A DNA stretch of 64,000 nucleotides, taken from a bacterium (GTDB lineage: Bacteria; SAR324; JACQKK01). Below are positions 1-10,093 of this stretch, piece by piece. The notes beneath the pieces are model-generated. The model saw only the letters and a list, made by a program, of their open reading frames with translations. It had not been told where the DNA came from and did not search any database. The DNA is taken from NCBI GenBank assembly GCA_035266845.1, contig DATFMP010000103.1:42891-106890 (forward strand), read 5' to 3'. The stretch's first letter is position 1. Each line of letters begins with the position of its first letter. Made by a program: the position numbers and the translations under genes.

Positions 1-1731
1 GCGGAGGACCAGCGCGTGGGCCTGGACGAGGCGGAGGCCTTCGCTGCGGAGTATCGCGGCCACGTGGGCGGCCTGGATGCCGCCGCGCTGGCCCGCGCCG
101 TGGCGCGCCTGGAGGCTCTGCAAGCGCGGGCGTACCGCCCGCTGGTGTACGCACACCTGCTCTTCAGCGGCGATACGGGCGTGGCGCGGCACGGGGCGCT
201 GCTGCAGGCCGCCCGCGAGCGCCACACGGCCATCCACGAGCGGCTGCTGTTCTTCATGCTGGAGTGGCAGGCCGTGCCCCAGGCCCGCGCCCAGGGGCTG
301 CTGGCCGATCCCGCCCTGGCGCGCCACGGGCACTGGCTGGAGCGCGCCCGCGAGCTGACGCCGTACACGCTCAGCGAGCCGGAGGAGCGCATCCTGGCCG
401 TGAAGGCCAACACGGGCACAGAGGCCTTCCAGCGCCTGTTCGACGAGCTGATCGCCGGCCTGCGCTGTCCGCTGGAGGTGCCCGGCGAGCCGGCGCAATC
501 CCTGCCGCTGGAGCGCACGCTGGCGCTGCTGTACCATCCCGAGCGCCCACGGCGCGAGGCGGCGGCGCGGGCCGTGACCGACGCTCTGGCGGGTCCGCAG
601 CGCACGCTGACCCTGATCTTCAACACGCTGGTGCTGGACCACGCGGACGACGACCGCCTGCGCCACCGGCCGCACATGATGCTGGCGCGCAACCTGGCCA
701 ACGAGATCGACCAAGCCGGCGTGGATACGCTGCTGGCGGCGTGCGATGCGGGCATGCCGCTGGTGGCCCGCTACTATCGGCTCAAGCAGCGCCTGCTGGG
801 CCTGGAGCGCCTGATGGATTACGACCGCTACGCGCCCGCGGTGCCGGAGCTGCCCACCTGCACCTTCGCCGAGGCCCGCGCGCTGGTGCTGGAGGCCTAT
901 GCCGACTTCGCACCAGAGGCCGCCGCCATCGCAGGGCGCTTCTTCGAGGAGCGCTGGATCGATGCGGAGCTGCGGCCGGGCAAGCAGGGCGGGGGCTTCA
1001 GCGCGGGCACCCTGCCCGAGGCGCACCCGTACATCCTGGTCAACTACACGGACAACCTGCGCGACGTGATGGTGCTGGCGCACGAGCTGGGCCACGGCAT
1101 CCACCAATACCTCTCGCGCGAGCGCGGCTTCTTCCTCATGCACACGCCGCTCACCACGGCGGAGACGGCCTCGGTGTTCGGCGAGATGCTGGCCTTCCGC
1201 AAACTGATGGCCATGCACAGCGATCCCCGCGTGCGGCTGGGCCTGCTCTGCGGAAAGCTGGAGGACATCTTCGCCACGGTCTTCCGGCAGGCGGCCATGA
1301 CGCGCTTCGAGCAGAAGCTGCACGCCGCCCGGCGCGAGCAGGGCGACCTGGACGCGGCCACCATCGGCAGCCTGTGGATGGAGGCCAACCGCGCCATGTT
1401 CGGCGACAGCGTGGAGCTGAGCGAGGGCTACGCAAGCTGGTGGGGCTACATTCCGCACTTCGTGCACACGCCCTTCTACTGCTATGCTTACAGCTTCGGC
1501 GAGCTGCTGGTGCTGGCGCTGTACCAGCAGTACGAAGAGCAGGGCGCGGCGTTCATTCCGCGCTACCTGGAGCTGCTGGCCGCCGGCGGATCGCAATCGC
1601 CCGCGGCGCTGCTGGCCCGCATGGAGCTGGACATCACCGATCCGGGCTTCTGGCAGAAGGGGCTGACCCTGCTGGAAGCCATGCTGGCCCAGGCCGAGGC
1701 CCTTGCCGACTCAACCGAAACGGCGCCCTGA
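1..1731 (+). CDS. M3B oligoendopeptidase F-like metallopeptidase (5' end probably outside window)
   Basis: The frame is open from base 1, and the track start at 16 is only a GTG. Zinc motif HELGHGIH is present, and length and composition fit the PepF family. Confidence 0.8.
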   Translation, partial: AEDQRVGLDEAEAFAAEYRGHVGGLDAAALARAVARLEALQARAYRPLVYAHLLFSGDTGVARHGALLQAARERHTAIHERLLFFMLEWQAVPQARAQGLLADPALARHGHWLERARELTPYTLSEPEERILAVKANTGTEAFQRLFDELIAGLRCPLEVPGEPAQSLPLERTLALLYHPERPRREAAARAVTDALAGPQRTLTLIFNTLVLDHADDDRLRHRPHMMLARNLANEIDQAGVDTLLAACDAGMPLVARYYRLKQRLLGLERLMDYDRYAPAVPELPTCTFAEARALVLEAYADFAPEAAAIAGRFFEERWIDAELRPGKQGGGFSAGTLPEAHPYILVNYTDNLRDVMVLAHELGHGIHQYLSRERGFFLMHTPLTTAETASVFGEMLAFRKLMAMHSDPRVRLGLLCGKLEDIFATVFRQAAMTRFEQKLHAARREQGDLDAATIGSLWMEANRAMFGDSVELSEGYASWWGYIPHFVHTPFYCYAYSFGELLVLALYQQYEEQGAAFIPRYLELLAAGGSQSPAALLARMELDITDPGFWQKGLTLLEAMLAQAEALADSTETAP

Positions 1732-1744
1732 CCGCGAACCCGCC

Positions 1745-2650
1745 ATGATCCCGCGACCCCGACCCGCATTCATCCCCCACGGCTCGCCCGCGCAGAGCCT
1801 GGAGCCCGCCCCGCCCTGGCGCGTGGGCGCGGCGCGCTGGGACTTCGAGCAGCCGCTGGTGATGGGCGTGCTCAACGCCACGCCGGATTCCTTCTCGGAC
1901 GGCGGGGAGTTCCTGGAGCCGGAGCGCGCCCTGCGCCGAGCCCACGAGATGGCGGCCGAGGGCGCGGACATCCTGGACGTCGGTGGCGCCTCCTCGCACC
2001 CCCTGGCACAGCCCGTGCCGGCGCAGGAGGAGCTGGATCGCATCGCGCCGGTGGTGGAGCGCCTCGCGGCCGAGCTGCCGCTGCCGATCTCCATCGATAC
2101 CCAGCGCGCGGAGGTGGCCGACGCCTGCCTGGCGCTGGGCGCACACCTCATCAACGACGTGAGCGGCCTGGTGGCGCCGGAGATGGCCCGCGTCACCGCA
2201 CGCCACGACGTGCCGCTGGTCATCACATACAACAACCTGGCCGTGCCCAAGGAGGCCAGCGGACTCTCCTTCGTCTCGGACATGCTGGCGTTCTTCGACG
2301 AGCGGCTGGACGAGGCGGAGGCCGCCGGCCTGCGCCACGTGATCCTCGATCCCGGCTACGGCTTCGGCAAGAGCCTGGAGGAGAACCTGATCGTGCTGCG
2401 CTCGCTGCCCCTGCTGCAACGCTTCAACCGGCCCGTGCTGGTCTGCACCTCGCGCAAGGGCTCGCTGGGCCGGCTGGTGGGCGAGCCGGTGCCCCGCGAG
2501 CGCCTGGGCGCCACCCTGGCCAGCACGCTCTACGCCGTCACGCAGGGCGCGCATCTGGTGCGCGTGCACGACGTGAAGGCCTTCCGGCAGGCCCTGCTCA
2601 CCTGGCAGGCCATCGAGCGCTTCCAGGGCGAGGCCCCCCGCGGCCGCTGA
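1745..2650 (+). CDS. folP: dihydropteroate synthase
   Basis: VMGVLNATPDSFSDGG, DILDVGG and ISIDT motifs. The ATG at 1745 lies just after the pepF stop at 1731. Confidence 0.9.
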   Translation: MIPRPRPAFIPHGSPAQSLEPAPPWRVGAARWDFEQPLVMGVLNATPDSFSDGGEFLEPERALRRAHEMAAEGADILDVGGASSHPLAQPVPAQEELDRIAPVVERLAAELPLPISIDTQRAEVADACLALGAHLINDVSGLVAPEMARVTARHDVPLVITYNNLAVPKEASGLSFVSDMLAFFDERLDEAEAAGLRHVILDPGYGFGKSLEENLIVLRSLPLLQRFNRPVLVCTSRKGSLGRLVGEPVPRERLGATLASTLYAVTQGAHLVRVHDVKAFRQALLTWQAIERFQGEAPRGR

Positions 2651-2757
2651 TCCGCGGCCCCGCTCAACGCGGCGCTGGTCGGGTTCTTGCTTGCCTCGGG
2701 GGCAGAGCCCGGGCGGACGTCCGGGCTTCCCATCGCCCCCATCCGGCGTGTGCACCG

Positions 2758-3810
2758 ATGCTGCGTTGGCTGCTCCCCGCCCTGCTGCTCGCCCTTACCG
2801 CGTCCCCCGCGGTGCGGGCCCAGCAGCGCCCCGAGCCGCCCGCGACCCCGGCCCTCGCCGGCGCCCCCGCCGTGCCGGCCGCCGCTCTGCCAGCCGCTAC
2901 GGGGGCGAGCGCCAATCCCAGCGACCCGGCGCAGCAGGACTTCTCCACCGATCCCGCCACGCGCATCCGTGCCGAGCGCACGCCGCCCCGCATCGAGGTG
3001 CGGCAGAACTTCTACCCGGACGGCACCCTGCGCACCCAGTGGCAGGTGCGCATCGGTCCCCACGGCGAGGCCGTGCGCCACGGGCGGTTGCTCAGCTACC
3101 ACCCCAACGGCCGTTTGGCCCTGCGCGGCGTCTATCGCGACGGGCGCCCCAGCGGGGTGTGGAGTTGGTACGACGAGCGCGGCCACCTGCTGCGCTCCGC
3201 GGCACCTCAGGGCGATTACGACGAGATACTCACCGGCCGCAACCTGGAAAACCCGAACACCGTGTACCGCGACCTGCACGGCCGCAAGGTCGCCGAGGGC
3301 CTGCGCAAGTACGACAAGCCGCACGGCCTGTGGACCTACTACCACCCGGACGGCTCCGTGAGCGCCCGCGGGCGCTTCATCAACGGCCTGCCGGACGGGC
3401 GCTGGGTGATGTACTTCGCTTCGGGCATGGTGCGGCGGCTGGACGACTACAAGCTGGGCGTGCCGGACGGCGAGGTGATGCGCGGCTGGCCCAACGGCCA
3501 GGAGCGCCTGGAGGGCCGCACGGAGCAGGGCCTGCGCGTCGGCCACTGGCGCACGTGGTACCAGGATGGGCAAATCGAAAGCGAGGGGGACTACCGGGAG
3601 GATCGCCGCGACGGCGAGTGGCGCTTCTGGGACGCCACCGGCAAGCTGGTGCGGCACCTGCGCTACGCGGCGGGCCGGATCGTTGCGGAACTGCCGCTGC
3701 CCACGCCACGGGTGGGGCCGCCCCCGGTGGTGCCGGAGCCCCAGTTGCTGCCCTTCCGCCCGCGCATCTACGACGAGAGCGGCACGCAGATCAAGCTGGA
3801 ATCGAAGTGA
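2758..3810 (+). CDS. secreted MORN-variant repeat protein (YwqK-like)
   Basis: Signal peptide MLRWLLPALLLALTASPAVRA. Repeated G-x-W-x-x-Y-x-x-G units (YPNGRLALRGVYRDGRPSGVWSWYDERGHL, HGLWTYYHPDGSV, DGRWVMYF, VGHWRTWYQDGQ, DGEWRFWD). Confidence 0.7.
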   Translation: MLRWLLPALLLALTASPAVRAQQRPEPPATPALAGAPAVPAAALPAATGASANPSDPAQQDFSTDPATRIRAERTPPRIEVRQNFYPDGTLRTQWQVRIGPHGEAVRHGRLLSYHPNGRLALRGVYRDGRPSGVWSWYDERGHLLRSAAPQGDYDEILTGRNLENPNTVYRDLHGRKVAEGLRKYDKPHGLWTYYHPDGSVSARGRFINGLPDGRWVMYFASGMVRRLDDYKLGVPDGEVMRGWPNGQERLEGRTEQGLRVGHWRTWYQDGQIESEGDYREDRRDGEWRFWDATGKLVRHLRYAAGRIVAELPLPTPRVGPPPVVPEPQLLPFRPRIYDESGTQIKLESK

Positions 3811-3854
3811 GGGCGCGCGGCTGACGGATGCGGGTCGCCGCCCGGGCGCCTCGC

Positions 3855-4481
3855 CTATCCATCGGCGGCGGGCTCCCCCAGCCGCGTCCGCGCCTCGGTA
3901 AGCAGCTTGGCGAAGCGGCGCTCCAGCTCGTCGTGGGTGCCGCTCAGGGCCCGCACGACGTCCTCCGCCCAGTCCAGGTACTCGGTCTTCTGTGTGTCGC
4001 TCCAGTGGGGCGGATGGTGGATCACGTCGTAGACGTTGGCGATGAGGTCACTCAGCTTGACCAGCCGCGCTGGGTGACTGTGGGCCGCAATACCCTCCAC
4101 CACGCGCGCCCGGCGCTCCCGGCGGGGCAGCGACTTATCGTCCGTCACCTCCATCACGATGCCCGCCACGCGCGCTCCGAAGGCGCGGGTCAGCTCTGCC
4201 TCGGTGGTATCCGTATCCTCCACCACGTCGTGCAGCACGGCCGCCATTAAGAGCTCCGGCTCGTGCTCGAAGCCCACCGCCGCTAGCTGCTCCGCCACGA
4301 TGATGGGGTGGTTGATATACGGCGAAGCCACGGCGCCCTTGCGGCGCTGGTCCCGGTGCTTTTCCGCCGCGAAGCGCACCGCGTGCAGCAGCGTGGAGGC
4401 GCCCGTTGCGTCCGCGGGTGCGGGCCGCCCGGCCCGTGCTGAGCGCCGGCCGGTGGCGCGGCCGGTTCCGGGGTGGCTCAT
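3855..4481 (-). CDS. HD-domain small alarmone hydrolase-like protein (SpoT/Mesh1-type (p)ppGpp hydrolase domain)
   Basis: LLHAVRFAAEKHRDQRRKG...PYINHP...LHDVVEDT. The ATG at 4481 overlaps the upstream stop (ATGA). Confidence 0.75.
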   Translation of the reverse strand: MSHPGTGRATGRRSARAGRPAPADATGASTLLHAVRFAAEKHRDQRRKGAVASPYINHPIIVAEQLAAVGFEHEPELLMAAVLHDVVEDTDTTEAELTRAFGARVAGIVMEVTDDKSLPRRERRARVVEGIAAHSHPARLVKLSDLIANVYDVIHHPPHWSDTQKTEYLDWAEDVVRALSGTHDELERRFAKLLTEARTRLGEPAADG

Positions 4482-5314
4482 GACCCCTCCGCGGTGCGGG
4501 TTGGCGGCTCGGTCGGAGCTTCTTCCGGCGGGGCTTCCGGCGGCAGGGCCTCGGGGTGCTGCGCCAGGAAGGCGAACTTGAGGAAGCGCATCTGCAGCTC
4601 CATGCCGTCCAGCACGGCCACGGCCACGCCCGGCCAGCCATCGCGGAAGCCACCCTTGAGCAGGTAGCGCCGCAGGAAGCGCACGGTGGGCTTCCACGCC
4701 AGCCAGCGCACGGCCATGCTCAGGCTGGGCCGGCGACCTTCCCGCGCCCACAGCTCCGCGTTGAAGGTGGAGTAGAAGTCCAGCTTGTGAAAGGCCTCGG
4801 CCGGGGTGGGGTTGGTGAAGTGGTGCATGGCCTCGCGCAGCGTGCCCACCTGGCCCTCCACCTCCAGCTTTTCGTGCACGTGCTTGCAGGGGAACCACGC
4901 CTTGCCGCGCCGGAACAGCCGCAGTTGGGTGTCCGGATACTGCCCACCGTACCGCAGCCAGGAGCCGAAGAAGTAGTTGCGGCGGGGCAGGCGGAAGGCG
5001 TTCTGGGGTGGATCGCCGGCGATCACGGCCCGAATCTCCTGCGCCAGCGCCTCGGTGATCACCTCGTCGGGATCCAGGTAGAACACCCAGTCCGTGGTGG
5101 CCTGCTGAATGCCGTAGGCCTTGTTGACGTTGAGGTTCTTCAGGTTGGGGCGCCGGAACACGCGCTCCGTGTAGCGTCGGGCGACCTCGTAAGAGCCGTC
5201 CGTGCTCCCGCAGTCCACGTAGATCAGCTCGTCCGCCCAGCGCACGGCCTCCAGGCAGCGCGGGAGCTGCTCCGCCTCATTGTGACCGATCAGGGTGAAG
5301 GCAATGGTGGGCAT
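4478..5314 (-). CDS. family 2 glycosyltransferase (LPS-core type)
   Basis: MPTIAFTLIGHNEAEQLPRCLEAVRWADELIYVDCGSTDGS. I chose the internal ATG at 5314; the upstream extension in the track is Arg/Pro-rich junk. Confidence 0.8.
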   Translation of the reverse strand: MPTIAFTLIGHNEAEQLPRCLEAVRWADELIYVDCGSTDGSYEVARRYTERVFRRPNLKNLNVNKAYGIQQATTDWVFYLDPDEVITEALAQEIRAVIAGDPPQNAFRLPRRNYFFGSWLRYGGQYPDTQLRLFRRGKAWFPCKHVHEKLEVEGQVGTLREAMHHFTNPTPAEAFHKLDFYSTFNAELWAREGRRPSLSMAVRWLAWKPTVRFLRRYLLKGGFRDGWPGVAVAVLDGMELQMRFLKFAFLAQHPEALPPEAPPEEAPTEPPTRTAEGS

Positions 5315-5366
5315 GCGCGTCGTCCGGGTTGGGAAGGCGGCCCATCGCGCCGCCAGCAGGGACAGG

Positions 5367-6521
5367 CTACCGCGGATCGGCTCCGCCCGCCACGTCCGCG
5401 CCCCCGGCAGAGGGGGCCTCCGACTCGGCGGCGGGCAGCTCCAGCCCCCAGGCCCGCAGGGCCTCCCACACGGCGGCAGGCTCCAGGCTGGCCACGCAGT
5501 TGTGGTAGGAGCAGCGCGGCCCCTCGCACACCACGCAGTCCTTGGGGAAGCGCGGCGCCAGCAGGTAGCGGCGCATGTCCGGCGGGGCACCGGGCACGGG
5601 CAGCGTGCGCCAGCGCTCCGGCGCTGAGACGCGATCCTGAGGGTAAAGCCCCACGTGGGGCGTGCCGGCCAAGCCCGCCAGGTGCAGCGGCCCGGAGGAG
5701 TTGCCCACGAACAGCCGCGCGCGGGCGATGAGGCCCACCAACCGCGGCAGCGTCAGCCCGGTCTCGATGCACACGCCCGGCACGCCGCCGAAGACGCCCT
5801 CCAGCACCGGGCGGTCGGGCGGGTCGCCCACCGCCACCACGGTCAGTCCGGTGGCCACCAGCCCCCGCGCGAGGGCCACGAAGCGCTCCAGCGGCCAAGT
5901 GAGCGCGGTGCCGCTGCGCTTGTGGGCGTGCAGCACGGCATAGGGCCCGGCCTGGGCCTCCGGCGGCAGCGCACCGTCCGGCAGGGCCAGCCGGGCTGCC
6001 ACGTAGTCCGCGGGCAGGCCCAGGCACTCCAGGTAGCCCAAGTTCAGCGCGTACTCAGCCGCACCGGAGCCGCGCCGGCTGCGCCGGTAGTGCGCGTTGA
6101 AGCGCCAGAAGAACGAACGCCGCAGGGGCCCGACGCGAATGGGGATGCCCGCCTGTTGCACCAGCCGCGCGGTGGCCGCCTCCGCATAGGGCAGCAGCGC
6201 GGCATCGAACCCGCCGCCGCGCACGGCGGACAGCAGGTCGGCCTGCCGCGCCTTCCGCTGCGCGTCGTCGAAGCGCCCCCGGTGGCGCTTGAGGAGCACG
6301 CCCTCATCCGGGATGGCCACGTCGATATCCGGCAGCAGCGGCACCAGCCCGCCCAGCGCGGCGCTCAACAGCACGGTGACGTGTGCGCCCGGCAGGCGCT
6401 GCTTGAGCGCGGCGATGAGCGGCAGCGTGAGCACGAAGTCGCCCAGGCCATCGTTGCGCACGACCAGCAGCCGCGGGCGTTCGATGCCCTGCAGGCGCCG
6501 GCGCACAGTGCGCGGGCGCAC
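5367..6521 (-). CDS. family 9 glycosyltransferase (ADP-heptose:LPS heptosyltransferase-like)
   Basis: N-terminal RLLVVRNDGLGDFVLTLPLIAALK and C-terminal GNSSGPLHLAGLAGTPHVGLY, both typical GT9 signatures. Confidence 0.8.
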   Translation of the reverse strand: MRPRTVRRRLQGIERPRLLVVRNDGLGDFVLTLPLIAALKQRLPGAHVTVLLSAALGGLVPLLPDIDVAIPDEGVLLKRHRGRFDDAQRKARQADLLSAVRGGGFDAALLPYAEAATARLVQQAGIPIRVGPLRRSFFWRFNAHYRRSRRGSGAAEYALNLGYLECLGLPADYVAARLALPDGALPPEAQAGPYAVLHAHKRSGTALTWPLERFVALARGLVATGLTVVAVGDPPDRPVLEGVFGGVPGVCIETGLTLPRLVGLIARARLFVGNSSGPLHLAGLAGTPHVGLYPQDRVSAPERWRTLPVPGAPPDMRRYLLAPRFPKDCVVCEGPRCSYHNCVASLEPAAVWEALRAWGLELPAAESEAPSAGGADVAGGADPR

Positions 6522-6524
6522 CGC

Positions 6525-7454
6525 TCAGTCCTCCCCGGCGCCGCCGGCCACCGCCGCCCGGGCCTGCGCGAGGGCATCCGCCGGGGCCTCCCAGCGCTGG
6601 CTGCACCAAGCCAGCACATCGTCCAGCACCGCCTCCCACTCGGCCTCGTTGAACAGCTCGTGGTGCAGGTCGGGGTAGTCGCGGCGGGACTTGTCCGGCG
6701 TCTGGACGCGAGCGTACCAGGCATCCACGGCCTCCGGCGACACCACCTGCTCCTGGCCCGCACGCAGCAGCAGCAACGGGCGCCCGCCCAACTCCGTCAC
6801 GCCCTGGACGGCGCGCACGGCGCGGCGCATGGCCAGGAAGAAGCGCACGGAGATGGAGCGAAAACGCAGGGGATCCGCATGGTACTGCGGCCAGATAGCC
6901 CGACACCCCGTCAGGCGCCAGGGCCGCGTGGCCAGGGGCACCCGCAGGCGCGGGCTGATCAGGCGCAGCACCGCAGCCAGCAATCCACCGCCCCAGGCCA
7001 CCGGCCGCCGCAGCCCCAGGAACGGCGAGCACAACACGAGCCCCTGCACCGCGTCGGGCGGCAGGGAGTTCAGGGCGAGCAGGGTCACCAGCGCGCCGTT
7101 GCTGTGGGCGAGCACCACCAGGGGCGCACCGTCCAGCCGCGGGGTGACGCCCTGCTCCAGCACGGTGCGCAGGCCCGCCACGAGGTGGGCGTAGTCCGCC
7201 ACATCCGCCGGGGCCCCCGCGGAGTGGCCGTGGTGGTAGTGGTCGAACACGTAGGCGGAGACCCCGCGCGCCTGCAGCGCCACCGCGACGTGGTGCCACC
7301 AGCCGGTGTGCTCCGCAAAGCCGTGCGAGATCAGCACATGCAGCCAGGGCCGCGCGGCAGGATAGGCGTGGAAGGCGAGGCGACCGTGCGGCCCCTCGAG
7401 CCAAGTGGTCGCGGGCAGCGCTTCAGTAAGACCGGGGGAAGTGGAGGAGCTCAT
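6525..7454 (-). CDS. alpha/beta hydrolase (lysophospholipase/monoacylglycerol lipase-like)
   Basis: HGFAEHTGWW and nucleophile elbow AHSNGA. The start is uncertain (7454 ATG or 7496). Confidence 0.7.
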   Translation of the reverse strand: MSSSTSPGLTEALPATTWLEGPHGRLAFHAYPAARPWLHVLISHGFAEHTGWWHHVAVALQARGVSAYVFDHYHHGHSAGAPADVADYAHLVAGLRTVLEQGVTPRLDGAPLVVLAHSNGALVTLLALNSLPPDAVQGLVLCSPFLGLRRPVAWGGGLLAAVLRLISPRLRVPLATRPWRLTGCRAIWPQYHADPLRFRSISVRFFLAMRRAVRAVQGVTELGGRPLLLLRAGQEQVVSPEAVDAWYARVQTPDKSRRDYPDLHHELFNEAEWEAVLDDVLAWCSQRWEAPADALAQARAAVAGGAGED

Positions 7455-7812
7455 AGGGCGAGAATTCGGGTTCCTCCGGCGAGTGGTCCGGCGCATCCGC
7501 CGGGTCCAGCCGCACCCGGTCGTAGGGAATGCTGACGGGCAGGGAAACCGGGGCCTTGCCGCCCTCCGGGCTCTCGGCCAGCAGATGCAGGGCCAGCCCC
7601 TGATCGTGCAGGGTCACGGCGATCTGCAGGCCGGGCACGCCCGTGCGCAACTCCCCATGATAGATGTCCGTGCTGCAGGCGTCCAGCTCCTCGATGCCGT
7701 CCGTCGTGCCCACAACGCGCAGCGTGGAGCCGGGACAGGTCAGCCGCACGCGCTGCCCATCGTGGGCATTGAGCCACGCGGAGACGGCCTTGCGGTCAGC
7801 AAATTGCGCCAT
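7423..7812 (-). CDS. hypothetical protein
   Basis: Codon usage is consistent with its neighbours and the ORF is co-directional with the LPS-like block. I recognise no motif. Confidence 0.4.
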   Translation of the reverse strand: MAQFADRKAVSAWLNAHDGQRVRLTCPGSTLRVVGTTDGIEELDACSTDIYHGELRTGVPGLQIAVTLHDQGLALHLLAESPEGGKAPVSLPVSIPYDRVRLDPADAPDHSPEEPEFSPYELLHFPRSY

Positions 7813-7901
7813 TGCGGCTCCTCGGTGCCCATTGTGCCGCGGCTGCCCGCAGCCCGTCCCGCCCGCTCGTGTCCCTGGAGATTACCGATAGCACGGCCGG
7901 C

Positions 7902-7931
7902 TTGACAATGTCATGAGGCGATCCGTATGCT
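7902..7931 (+). promoter_or_regulatory. sigma-70-like promoter TTGACA-N18-TATGCT upstream of the riboswitch
   Basis: TTGACA at 7902-7907 and TATGCT at 7926-7931, placed a few nt before the riboswitch core. Confidence 0.4.
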
Positions 7932-7934
7932 CGG

Positions 7935-8092
7935 CCCGTCGGGTGCCTCTGCGGAGGTCAAAAGGGAATCCGGTGCAATTCCGGAGCTACCCCCGTAACT
8001 GTAAGCGCCAGCCGTTCCGCCGATCACGCCACTGGGACTGACAGCCCGGGAAGGCCGGTTGGAAGGCGCGAGCCAGGAAACCTGCCCGATGT
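7935..8092 (+). promoter_or_regulatory. cobalamin (B12) riboswitch
   Basis: AAAGGGAATCCGGTGCAATTCCGGAGCTACCCCCGTAACTGTAAG core. B12-box GCCACTGGGA...GGGAAGGC. 3' GAGCCAGGAAACCTGCCCG. All in canonical order. Confidence 0.8.
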
Positions 8093-8314
8093 CTTGCTTC
8101 GAATGCCTTCGGAGGGAAGGAGGAAGCTCCATTCGATGGGTCAGCATCGGATGTCTGCCGGCAGGAGCCGGCGCCTGACGCACTCCCTCCCCAGACTTCG
8201 ACGGTTGCTACGCCCGGGCGTGCCGCGTCCGCTGTCGTGCGTTGTGCGCGGCGCGGCGGCGTTTCGCACGATGCCGGGCGGTGGCCGTCGCATCCCCGCG
8301 CGCGGGAGGCGCCC

Positions 8315-9613
8315 ATGGGGTCCGGTCTCACACAGGGGTTGCGCGAGGTGCTGGCGCTCGCGCTGCTGGCGGCATCGGCGGCGACGCTGGCCGCGTGCGG
8401 CGGGCCGTCGAGCGCGGTGGGCACGGCCGCCTCGCAGTTCGCCGCGCCCGTCTCCGCCGGCGACTACCTGTACTGCATCACCAACGTCGGCCACACACTG
8501 ACCGTCTACGACCTGGCCCGGCGCCAGGTGCGGCCGCAGGCCTCGCGTTACCTGGACCTGGACCCGGTGGGGCCCTGGTTCTCCGGCGGGGCCGGCTACT
8601 ACCTCTCCCGGGTGGATACCAGCGGCGCGGGCGCCAACGCCCTGATCCGCTTCGATCCGGTCACGGGCGCGGAAACGGGGCGCCTGCGCTTTCCGGCCGA
8701 CTCGAACCCCAACAGCCTGCTCGTGCTGCCTTCGCACCCCGGCGTGGCCTGGGTGGCGCTGCGGGGCAGTACGTTCGACAACTTCGCCACGGACGGCATC
8801 TCCGTGGTGGACCTGACCACCCTGCGCGACACGGCGTTCTGCGACCTGAACGCCGCCACGGGCACGAGTACCTGCCCCGCGCTCCATCCCGCGGGGGCCG
8901 GCACGCTCACCTCGCCGCTGGGCTTCCAGTGGGATGCCGCAGGCTGCGGCGGGGCGGGCTGCGCCTACGCCGTGGTCAACGACTTCGACAACTCCGGTGT
9001 GCGCAACGGCTGGCTGCTGGCCCTGCAGCCCGACAGCAGCGGCGTGCCCACGCTGAATCAAGGCGTGCCGCTCGGCCGCAACCCCATGCAGGACGTTGTG
9101 CTGGACACGACCCGCAGCGCGCTGTGGGTGGTGAACAACGGCGGCTATGTGCACTACGACGCGAACGGTCAGGCGGGTACGCTGCAGGTGCTGGACACGA
9201 CCAACCTCGCAGCCGACCCGGATTCGGACGGCTTGGCCGGCACCACGCTGGCCATCGAGAGCGCGGCCACCTGCGGCTCGCCGCCCAGCCCCGACCCCGG
9301 CTGCGACCCCACCGGCATCTATACGCTGGACGGCTCCACGGGCTGGTTGACGACCTATCCGAACGACGTGCTGCGCACCGTGGATTTGTCCACGCAAGCG
9401 CTGGGCACCAGTCCGGTGCAGGTCACGGGGCCGTTCTTCCCCGTCGCCGATGACCCGGCCAACCCTGGCAACCCGGCGCTGTTCGCGGCTCTGGGCGGAC
9501 TGGGCCTGGCGCGGCTGGGCGAGCTTAACGCCATCGCCACCACCCTGCTGCGCGACGACCCGCTGGACGCGGGCCCCGCGCCGCTTTCCTGCACCGAATA
9601 CACGGTGCCCTGA
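8315..9613 (+). CDS. lipoprotein, probable beta-propeller (YVTN-like repeats)
   Basis: SD GGGAGG precedes the ATG at 8315. Lipobox LAAC|GG. Gly/Asp/Thr/Val-rich beta-type composition (YLYCITNVGHTLTVYD, ALWVVNNGGY). Confidence 0.7.
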   Translation: MGSGLTQGLREVLALALLAASAATLAACGGPSSAVGTAASQFAAPVSAGDYLYCITNVGHTLTVYDLARRQVRPQASRYLDLDPVGPWFSGGAGYYLSRVDTSGAGANALIRFDPVTGAETGRLRFPADSNPNSLLVLPSHPGVAWVALRGSTFDNFATDGISVVDLTTLRDTAFCDLNAATGTSTCPALHPAGAGTLTSPLGFQWDAAGCGGAGCAYAVVNDFDNSGVRNGWLLALQPDSSGVPTLNQGVPLGRNPMQDVVLDTTRSALWVVNNGGYVHYDANGQAGTLQVLDTTNLAADPDSDGLAGTTLAIESAATCGSPPSPDPGCDPTGIYTLDGSTGWLTTYPNDVLRTVDLSTQALGTSPVQVTGPFFPVADDPANPGNPALFAALGGLGLARLGELNAIATTLLRDDPLDAGPAPLSCTEYTVP

Positions 9614-9634
9614 CCCCTCACGGAAGAGTCACCC

Positions 9635-10093
9635 ATGCCCCGCACTTACCGCCGCCCGCTCCGTTCCGCACTCGTGCCGGCCCTGCTGGCGGTGCTGCTC
9701 GCCGCCACGCTGCTGTCCGGCTGCGGCAGAGACAGCGGCCCGGCAATTATGGGCCACTACACGGACGACTACGGCGGCACGCACGAAATCACGCAAACCA
9801 CCTGGACGGATTCCGGGCCCGGCTATAAGGACGTGTTCCACATCGTCGACTACGACAACCAGCAATTGTATATCCTCGCGCAGAACGACGCGGCCAATGC
9901 GTACAATGCCAGCCTCTACAGCCGCTTCACGTGGACCTATTCGGGTTCCGGACTGTATTACTGCCAGGACCCCTACGACGCCGCGAGCGCGGACGCCGCC
10001 CGTTTGGCCGCACCGCCGGACTCCAGCAACCCGGCAGCGAGCGGGTGCGGGGCCAGCAGCAGCTACCCGTGGACCCGTCTGATTCCGCAATGA
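9635..10093 (+). CDS. small lipoprotein
   Basis: Lipobox LLSGC|GRD. Starts 21 nt after the previous stop. Confidence 0.6.
   Translation: MPRTYRRPLRSALVPALLAVLLAATLLSGCGRDSGPAIMGHYTDDYGGTHEITQTTWTDSGPGYKDVFHIVDYDNQQLYILAQNDAANAYNASLYSRFTWTYSGSGLYYCQDPYDAASADAARLAAPPDSSNPAASGCGASSSYPWTRLIPQ

Noticed and set aside
3855-4898. Long N-terminal extensions proposed by the ORF track for the HD protein. Similar extensions appear at 4478-5590, 14320-15249, 15054-16184, 19867-20937, 39386-42478 and 53200-55038.
   Set aside because: The extensions are Arg/Pro/Gly-rich and overlap upstream genes. Internal ATG/GTG starts with SD sequences, signal peptides or ATGA overlaps fit much better.
5655-7535. 626-aa plus-strand ORF spanning the GT9 and hydrolase region.
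   Set aside because: It is antisense to two well-supported genes. The product is Arg/Gly/Ala/His/Gln-rich with no motifs, which is typical of a high-GC shadow ORF.
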